64,000 nucleotides of DNA from Candidatus Tectimicrobiota bacterium (GTDB lineage Bacteria > JACPUC01). Below, piece by piece: positions 56,844-64,000 of this stretch; position 1 is the first letter of the stretch; every line of letters begins with the position of its first letter. The stretch is from contig JACPUC010000006.1 of assembly GCA_016192455.1 (NCBI GenBank), positions 186,001 through 250,000 on the forward strand, given 5' to 3'. The translations under genes and the position numbers were made by a program. The notes beneath the pieces are model-generated. The model worked only from the letters and a program-made list of their open reading frames with translations, was not told the DNA's origin and ran no database searches.

Positions 56844-57626
56844 GTGGCGGAGGCGAGCGGCTCCCTGCGGATCATCCCCGTGCGCGGCATTCCCCTGGTG
56901 CGGGAGGGGGACGACCTTGCCCCGCTCATCCTGGCGGCCCTCGAGCGGCAGGGCACGCCGCTCAGCAACGGCGCCGTGCTGGTGGTGGCGCAGAAGATCG
57001 TCAGCAAGGCCGAGGGGCGGCGCGTGGCGCTGACGGCGGTGACGCCCGGGGCGCGCGCGCTGACCCTGGCGGCGGAGACGCACAAGGACTCGCGCTTCGT
57101 GCAGGTGGTCCTCGACGAGTCGAGCGAGGTCGTCAGGACGGGGCACGACGTCCTCATCGTGGAAAGCCGGCAGGGATTCATCTGCGCCAACGCCGGCGTG
57201 GATCACACCAACGCCGGGGCCAGCGAGGAGGACCTCACCCTCCTGCCGCGCGATGCCGACGCCTCGGCGGCGGCGCTGCGGGCGCGCCTGCGAGAGCTGC
57301 GCGGCGTCGAGGCGGCGGTTATCATCAGCGACACCCATGGGCGGGCGTTTCGTCTCGGCGCCGTCGGGGTGGCGATCGGGGTGGCGGGGATGGCTGCGTT
57401 GCGCGACCTGCGGGGTCAGAAGGACCTCTTCGGGCACACGTTCCGGGTCACCACCGTTGCCGTCGCCGACGAGCTGGCGTCGGCCGCCACTCTTGTCATG
57501 GGGGAGGCGGCGGAGGGGGTGCCTGCGGCGCTCATCGAGGGGCTCGCGGTCGCCGGCGATGCGTCCGGGCAGGAGAGCGGGGCCCGAGCCCTCCTGCGCC
57601 CGCGTGAGCTGGACCTCTTTCGATGA
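56844..57626 (+). CDS. cofE: Coenzyme F420-0:L-glutamate ligase CofE
   Basis: QKIVSKAEGR, ANAGVD, IISDTHGRAFR, ADELASAA. Confidence 0.95.
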   Translation: MAEASGSLRIIPVRGIPLVREGDDLAPLILAALERQGTPLSNGAVLVVAQKIVSKAEGRRVALTAVTPGARALTLAAETHKDSRFVQVVLDESSEVVRTGHDVLIVESRQGFICANAGVDHTNAGASEEDLTLLPRDADASAAALRARLRELRGVEAAVIISDTHGRAFRLGAVGVAIGVAGMAALRDLRGQKDLFGHTFRVTTVAVADELASAATLVMGEAAEGVPAALIEGLAVAGDASGQESGARALLRPRELDLFR

Positions 57627-57774
57627 GCGGCGGCACGCGCGCCGGGGCGTCGGCCGCGCGGGGTAGCTGTCGGCCGGGGAGTTCCTTGCGCGGCGCAGGT
57701 CGGGGGCCGAGTGCCGCGCGGCGGCCGCGGCGGTTGCCGCGCGACCTGCCGCACAACTGGAGGGCTGGAGCCGC

Positions 57775-58428
57775 ATGAGCGTTGCTCTGCTCGGCTTGCC
57801 ACAGACGGAGCCAGGGTGCCTTGTCCCGACCTGGGGGGTCCTTCCCGTGGGCGCCCTGCGGTCGGGAAAGAGCCGGCTGGCGTCGGTGCTGTCGCCGGCG
57901 GAGCGCGAGACGTTCATCCTGGAGACTCTGGAGCGCACCCTCGGGCTCCTCGGGACGGCGCCGTCGCTCGAAGCAGTCGTCGTCGTCAGCCCCGACGAGG
58001 CGGTGCGGGCGCTGGCGGCACGTCGGGGCGCGGCCGTCCTGCGGGATGTGCGCGAGGACTTGAACGCGGCGCTCGAGGAGGCCACGCTGTGGGCCCAGGC
58101 GGAGGACGCCGAGCGCCTCCTGATCCTGGCCGCTGATCTGCCGTTGCTGGGGAGCGGCGACCTCGAGGCGCTGCTCGGCCTAGAGAGCGGGCCGAGTGTC
58201 TGCATCGCTCCGTGCAAGGATGAGAGCGGCACGAATGCGCTGGCCGTGCGACCGCCGGGCCTGCTGCGCTATCGGTTTGGGCCGCAGAGCTTTGCGGCGC
58301 ACTGTCGCGCCGCCCACGCGGCGGGCGCCCATCTGCGCGTCGTGCGGTCGCGGTCGCTCAGCTTCGACATCGATACGCCGCGTGACTATTCCCTCCTGCG
58401 CCAGTGGCGTGAGAAAGCAGTGCGGTGA
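57775..58428 (+). CDS. cofC: 2-phospho-L-lactate/PEP guanylyltransferase CofC (FbiD)
   Basis: GKSRLASVL, LNAAL, ADLPLL, GTNAL, FGPQSF, DIDTPRD. Confidence 0.9.
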   Translation: MSVALLGLPQTEPGCLVPTWGVLPVGALRSGKSRLASVLSPAERETFILETLERTLGLLGTAPSLEAVVVVSPDEAVRALAARRGAAVLRDVREDLNAALEEATLWAQAEDAERLLILAADLPLLGSGDLEALLGLESGPSVCIAPCKDESGTNALAVRPPGLLRYRFGPQSFAAHCRAAHAAGAHLRVVRSRSLSFDIDTPRDYSLLRQWREKAVR

Positions 58429-59570
58429 GGATGCTGCGGACACCTCACTCAGAAGCGGCCTCGTTAGCCAGTGAGCTCCGCGCCATGCCTGGCGCTGCGG
58501 CGGAGCTGCGGGCGTGCGGCGAGGCGGCGCCCGGGTCGCGGCTCAATGAGGGGCGGCGCTCGGCCCGGATGGTCACCTACGTCTGCAACGCCACCGTGCC
58601 GCTCACCACAGCGTGCGTCATGCGCTGCAGGTACTGCGGCTACTACGAGGATGACGCGCCCCTGTTGACGCCGGCGCAGGTGCATCGCCTCCTTGATGCC
58701 GCCGAGGCGAACGGCGCGACCGAGGTCCTCATCCTCTCCGGCGACCTGCCGGAGACCTTCCCGCAAATCCGGCGGCAGCTCCAGGATCTCGGCTACGCGA
58801 GCTTCGTGGAGTACGTCCTGCAGGTCTGCGCCTGGTGCCTGGAGCGCAACCTCCTGCCGCATACGAACATCGGCTACGTCACCTATGGCGAGCTGGAGCG
58901 GCTGCGGCAGGTGAACGGCTCGATGGGCATCATGCTGGAGACCACCGACCGGCAGCTCGCGCAGCGCGTGCAGCCGAAGAAGAGCATCACGGGACGGCTG
59001 GAGGTGATCAGGAACGCCGGCAGGCTGCGCATCCCGTTCACCTCCGGCATCCTCATGGGCATGGGCGAGGAGCAGACCAGCCGCCTCGCCTCGCTGGAAG
59101 CGATCATCCGCCTGCACGAGGAGTACCACCACATCCAGGAGGTGATCCTGCAGAACTTCGTGCCCAACAGTCGCTCGGCATTGCGCCTGGCGTCTCCGCT
59201 CACCTTTGAGGAGTATGCCGAGCTGATCGCCTTTGTCCGCCAGCGGTCGGATATCGAGGTGCAGATTCCACCCAACCTGGCGCGTGACTACCCGCACCTG
59301 GTGGAATGCGGTGCCACGGACCTCGGTGGCGTGTCGGCCGACATCGATTACGTCAACTTCGAGAACCCATGGGACGAGCCGGCGATGCTCAGCCGGCTGC
59401 GTGCCGCCGGCTGCACCATCCGCCTGCGCCTGGCGGTCTATGCCAAATACGTTTGGCTGGGGTGGTGCGCGCCACGGGTTGCGAACGTCGTGGAAAGGTA
59501 CAGCCGTGAAGATGCCTATCGCTACTATACTCGATCGGGCCGCGCGGGGAGCGACACTCAGCGAGGCTGA
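58425..59570 (+). CDS. cofG: FO synthase subunit CofG (radical SAM)
   Basis: CVMRCRYC, LLPHTNIG, SMGIMLE, IPFTSGIL, IQEVILQNF, QIPPNL, DLGGVS; start uncertain. Confidence 0.93.
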   Translation: MRMLRTPHSEAASLASELRAMPGAAAELRACGEAAPGSRLNEGRRSARMVTYVCNATVPLTTACVMRCRYCGYYEDDAPLLTPAQVHRLLDAAEANGATEVLILSGDLPETFPQIRRQLQDLGYASFVEYVLQVCAWCLERNLLPHTNIGYVTYGELERLRQVNGSMGIMLETTDRQLAQRVQPKKSITGRLEVIRNAGRLRIPFTSGILMGMGEEQTSRLASLEAIIRLHEEYHHIQEVILQNFVPNSRSALRLASPLTFEEYAELIAFVRQRSDIEVQIPPNLARDYPHLVECGATDLGGVSADIDYVNFENPWDEPAMLSRLRAAGCTIRLRLAVYAKYVWLGWCAPRVANVVERYSREDAYRYYTRSGRAGSDTQRG

Positions 59571-60630
59571 AGCCCTGGCGCTCTTCGCCCTTGACGATGC
59601 CGCGGCGCTGCGCGATCTCTACGCCGTGGCCGACCAGCGGCGCGCCGCCCTGGCCGGGGATGAGGTTACCTACGTGCGCAATCGGAACCTCAACTTCACG
59701 AATGTCTGCATCACGAACTGCACCTTCTGCGGCTTCAAACGCAACAAGCAGGACGCGGATTCCTACACCCTTGACACGGAACAAATGTTGCGCAAGATTG
59801 AGGAGGCCCTGAGCGAGGAGATCACCGAGGTCTGCATCCAGGGGGGGCTGAACCCGGAGCTGAAGCTCGACTACTACTGCGCCCTGGTGCGCGAGGTGAA
59901 GGCACACTACCCCGACATCCATGTGCACGCTTTCTCGCCGCAGGAAATCCAGTTCCTCATTGACAACAATGAGGTGAGCCTCACCTACGTGCTCTCTTCC
60001 CTGAAGGAGGCGGGGGTCGATTCGCTGCCAGGGACGGCGGCGGAAATCCTGCGCGATGCCATGCGCTTGCGCATCTCACCCCGGCGGCTGATGACGGCGC
60101 AATGGGTGGAGATCATCACCACGGCGCACCGCGTCGGCTTGCCGACGACCTCGACGATGATGTACGGCCACCTGGAGAGCGCCGAGGACATCGTCGAGCA
60201 CTACCGCGTGCTGCGGCACATCCAGCTCGACACCGGAGGCATCACGGAGTTCGTGCCGATGGCCTTCGTCCCCTTCACCACCCACCTGGGACGCAAGCAC
60301 GAGATTCGCAGCGTCTCGTCGCAGACGTTGACCTTCAAGGTCTACGCCATTGCGCGCCTGTACTTCCAGGAGCTGATGGTGAATCTGCAGACGAGCTGGG
60401 TGAAGCTGGGCTTGGAGTGCGCCGTAGAGAGCGTGCGGGTCGGCGTGAATGACCTCGGCGGCACCCTGTTGGAGGAGAATATCACGCGACTTGCCGGTGG
60501 GCAGCATGGCCAGCGCCTCGACCTCGACAAGGCGCGCGCCCTGCTCGCGCCAACGGGTCGGCCCCTCGTGCAGCGGGATACGCTGTATCGGCGAGTGCCC
60601 GCGAACCAGTCGGCGATGTCGGTTGGGTGA
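59512..60630 (+). CDS. cofH: FO synthase subunit CofH (radical SAM)
   Basis: NRNLNFTNVCITNCTFC, HAFSPQE, PGTAAEIL, TMMYGH, QTSWVKLG, NDLGGTLLEENI. Confidence 0.93.
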   Translation: MPIATILDRAARGATLSEAEALALFALDDAAALRDLYAVADQRRAALAGDEVTYVRNRNLNFTNVCITNCTFCGFKRNKQDADSYTLDTEQMLRKIEEALSEEITEVCIQGGLNPELKLDYYCALVREVKAHYPDIHVHAFSPQEIQFLIDNNEVSLTYVLSSLKEAGVDSLPGTAAEILRDAMRLRISPRRLMTAQWVEIITTAHRVGLPTTSTMMYGHLESAEDIVEHYRVLRHIQLDTGGITEFVPMAFVPFTTHLGRKHEIRSVSSQTLTFKVYAIARLYFQELMVNLQTSWVKLGLECAVESVRVGVNDLGGTLLEENITRLAGGQHGQRLDLDKARALLAPTGRPLVQRDTLYRRVPANQSAMSVG

Positions 60631-60722
60631 GCATCAAACAAGGGCCCTCCCCACTCATTGAGAGGTTCTGCCGCTACCCCCAAAGGTTCTGCCGGGAGCC
60701 TCGCTAGCGCAGGAGAAAGAGC

Positions 60723-61370
60723 ATGCTCGTCAAGGACTGGATGACTCGCGACCCCATTACCATCAACAGCTCCACCCTCCTCGTGGATGCCCAAAAGCTC
60801 ATGAAGGACAACGGCTTCCGTCGCCTGCCGGTGGTTGACAACGGCAAGCTCGTGGGCATCGTCACGCTGTCGGATATCCGCGAGGCGGCCCCCTCACAGG
60901 CCACCTCACTGAGTATCCACGAGCTCCACTACCTGCTCTCGAAGCTCAAGATCACCGAGGTCATGACCCGCACGCTTGTCACCATTGATGCGAACGCCGC
61001 GGTGGAAGATGCCGGTCTGCTGATGAACCGCAAAAAGATCGGCGCCTTGCCGGTCATGGAGCACGACCGGCTGGTGGGCATCATCACCATCACGGACATC
61101 ATCAAGGTGTTCGAAGAGGCGCTTGGCTACGGCACCCCTGGGGTGCGCTACACCATCGCCGCGGTGGATGTCGAGCCCGGCGCCGTCGGGCAGATCACGG
61201 CGATCGTCAAGCAGCAGAAGCGGAAAATCCTCAGCCTCTTGAGCATGCGGGCGCCCGGGACGAACCAACGGTCGCTCATCCTGCGCCTGGAGGGACGGGA
61301 TTCCGCTGAACTGCGCGAGGCATTCAAGGCTGGGGGATACACCATCTCCAACGTGCATGTCACCGAGTAG
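60723..61370 (+). CDS. acuB: CBS-pair plus ACT-like domain protein (AcuB-like)
   Basis: MLVKDWMT, RRLPVV, PSQATSLSIHELHYLL, IGALPV, C-terminal PGAVGQIT. Confidence 0.85.
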   Translation: MLVKDWMTRDPITINSSTLLVDAQKLMKDNGFRRLPVVDNGKLVGIVTLSDIREAAPSQATSLSIHELHYLLSKLKITEVMTRTLVTIDANAAVEDAGLLMNRKKIGALPVMEHDRLVGIITITDIIKVFEEALGYGTPGVRYTIAAVDVEPGAVGQITAIVKQQKRKILSLLSMRAPGTNQRSLILRLEGRDSAELREAFKAGGYTISNVHVTE

Positions 61371-61445
61371 CAGGCCTGCCGCGCCGGCGTGGGCACGTGG
61401 GCGGAAGGGGTCGCCGCGCCCGCCAGCGCTGCCGGAAGTTGGAAA

Positions 61446-61461
61446 TGTTCCACGTGGAACA
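61446..61461. other. parS: parS centromere-like site
   Basis: Perfect palindrome TGTTCCACGTGGAACA matching the parS consensus; intergenic. Confidence 0.9.
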
Positions 61462-61761
61462 TCCTGCGGGGTCGGCGCGCCCGCTGGCGCTGTCGGCCCC
61501 TGCTGGCGATGAGGTTCGGGCTCTCCTCGTGCGTGCGCACGTCTCTGCTTGCTGCCCCGTTTCTCCGTTGATCGTTCTCCAACCTCCTGGGTTCGCGAAG
61601 TTGCTCCCTCATGGTTGGAATGCTGCCGGCTGGTGGCATGGGGGGCTCGACACGGCACGCCCGCCAAGACGGCCGCGGCCGCCTCCGTGGTGAGGCTCTG
61701 TCGGCCGTCGGTCAATCTCTGCCCACGCTCCCGCATGGAGGCGCGTGGGAGAGGATGTCGC

Positions 61762-63318
61762 ATGAAGATTCGCCTCAGTCAGGAAGCTCCGCAGGAGATC
61801 GCCGCTGATCTGCTCGTCGTGCCGCGCTTCGAGGCAGACGCCGAGGTGCCCCCGCCGGCGCGGGCGCTGGACCGCGCCGCGAAGGGGTTGCTGAGCCGCC
61901 TCTACGCCACGGGGGATGTCTCGGGGAAGCTGCACGAGTGCTGCGTCGTCTACACCCAGGGCAGCGTGCCGTGTCAGCGCATCATGTCTCTTGGCTGCGG
62001 CAAGAAGGAGGCGTTCAAGCTCGATACCGCGCGGGCGGTGATCGGCAAGATGGGGCGCGCGCTGCACCCCCGGAAGATCTCGCGCCTCGCCATCCTGCCG
62101 CCCGGGCTGGGGTTGCCGGACCTCTCACCGCAGCACCTGGCGGCTGCCTGTGTCGAGGGGCTGCGCCTCGGGCTTTACCGCTTCACCGAGTTCAAGACGA
62201 AGGAGGAGGAGAACGGGCGCACCGTTCCCGAGGAGTGCGTCCTTCTCCTGCCGGCGGCTGAAAAGCTCGCCCCCATCCAGGCAGCGGTGGAGGAGAGCGA
62301 GATCGTCTGCGAGGCCGTCCTGCTGGCGCGCGACCTCATCACGCGTCCCGGCTGCTCCTCGACGCCGACGGCCCTGGCCGAGGTGGCGCTGGAGGTGGGA
62401 CGCCTGGCCAAGATGAGCTGCACCGTCCTGGATCGCGCCGACATGGAGAAGCTTGGCATGGGGGCCTTGCTGGGGGTGGCGCGCGGCTCCCAGGAGCCGC
62501 CGAAGTTCATCATCCTCGAGTATCGCGGGGCGCGACGGAAGGGGGAGAAACCGGTGGTCCTGGTCGGCAAGGGGATCACCTTCGACAGTGGCGGGCTCTC
62601 CCTGAAGCCCGCCGCCAGCATGGAGCAGATGAAGTACGACATGGCGGGTGGGGCGGCGGTCCTCGCCACCATGCAGGTGGTCGGCCGCCTGAAGCTGCCC
62701 CTCAACGTGGTGGGCCTCGTGCCGGCTACCGAGAACCTGCCGAGCGGCACCGCCTACAAGCCGGGCGATGTGCTGCGCAGCCTCTCCGGACAGACCATCG
62801 AGGTGCTCAACACCGATGCCGAGGGACGCCTCATCCTGGCGGATGCGCTGGCCTACGCCTGCCGCTACAAGCCCGCCGCCATCCTCGACATCGCCACCCT
62901 CACGGGAGCCTGCATCGTGGCGCTGGGCGACAACCTCATCGGCATGCTGGGGAGCGATGAGGCCCTCCAGGAGGAGGTGCGCCGGGCCGCCGACTTCAGC
63001 GGCGAGCGCGTCTGGCCCCTCCCCTTGTGGGAGGAGTTCAGCGAGCAACTGAAGAGCGATATCGCTGATTGGAAGAACGTCGGCAGCCGGGCCGCCGGCA
63101 CGATCACCGCGGGGATGTTCCTGAGCAAGTTCGTGCAGTCCTACCCCTGGGTGCACCTCGATATTGCCGGACCGGCCTGGGCGGAGAAGGAGAAACCCTA
63201 CGTCCCGAAAGGCGCCAGCGGCGTGGGGGTGCGGCTCTTCGTGGAGTTCCTGAAGCGGCGCGCGAGCAGCCAGGCCGCGGCAGGGGCAACAAAGACTCAG
63301 ACAAAGAAACCGACGTAG
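61762..63318 (+). CDS. pepA: Leucyl aminopeptidase (M17)
   Basis: VGKGITFDSGG, MKYDMAG, NTDAEGRLILAD, ATLTGA, HLDIAG. Confidence 0.96.
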   Translation: MKIRLSQEAPQEIAADLLVVPRFEADAEVPPPARALDRAAKGLLSRLYATGDVSGKLHECCVVYTQGSVPCQRIMSLGCGKKEAFKLDTARAVIGKMGRALHPRKISRLAILPPGLGLPDLSPQHLAAACVEGLRLGLYRFTEFKTKEEENGRTVPEECVLLLPAAEKLAPIQAAVEESEIVCEAVLLARDLITRPGCSSTPTALAEVALEVGRLAKMSCTVLDRADMEKLGMGALLGVARGSQEPPKFIILEYRGARRKGEKPVVLVGKGITFDSGGLSLKPAASMEQMKYDMAGGAAVLATMQVVGRLKLPLNVVGLVPATENLPSGTAYKPGDVLRSLSGQTIEVLNTDAEGRLILADALAYACRYKPAAILDIATLTGACIVALGDNLIGMLGSDEALQEEVRRAADFSGERVWPLPLWEEFSEQLKSDIADWKNVGSRAAGTITAGMFLSKFVQSYPWVHLDIAGPAWAEKEKPYVPKGASGVGVRLFVEFLKRRASSQAAAGATKTQTKKPT

Positions 63319-63538
63319 GTTTGCGTCGCCGCGCCTCGTGGCATGATGGGCGTCCTTCCTCTTGAATCGCGGCAAGATTCGCCGCCAGGGAGCCGCGCCC
63401 CCCAGGCGCACTCCTGCTCCCCGAGTTGCTGCGTTGCACACGCCCCGAGGGGGCCTGCGGGATCAATCACCCCCAGTTCATCCTCGCCAGGAGTGCCGCT
63501 TTCCCCGCCTGGATCGTTTGGGGCAATTCCCCCCTTCG

Positions 63539-64000
<462 letters not shown>

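Overview
Very GC-rich bacterial chromosomal segment made mostly of core genes: leuD (partial), acyl-CoA ligases, pfkB, rsmD, mnmA, mazG, mutL, guaBA, dnaE, accA, gyaR, pdaD-speB, hflX, Moco genes, pepA and a sigma-54 activator (partial). It has a perfect parS site, which suggests an origin-proximal location. The diderm TonB system plus a complete F420 operon would fit Ca. Tectomicrobia or a related uncultured lineage (inference only). Main observations: (1) an unannotated glutaredoxin/mycoredoxin-like selenoprotein (W-U-A-A-C; in-frame TGA plus SECIS-like hairpin) at the head of a moaD-moaE-PHP-PHP-moaB-moeA-nfu-diheme cytochrome run; (2) a receptor-less ExbB/ExbD/TonB motor coupled to two very large exported TPR proteins, one with a TonB-box-like motif; (3) a complete single-locus F420 pathway (stand-alone FbiB-C-like nitroreductase, cofD, cofE, cofC, cofG, cofH) behind an ABC exporter pair; (4) a structured leader with a uORF upstream of the polyamine genes; (5) a MoaD with a masked diglycine, a probable ATT start for hflX, NrdR-like boxes at mazG/mutL, a DUF488-GGCT fusion, a REP doublet and a doubly frameshifted sfsA. 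I saw no rRNA, tRNA, CRISPR array or transposase.
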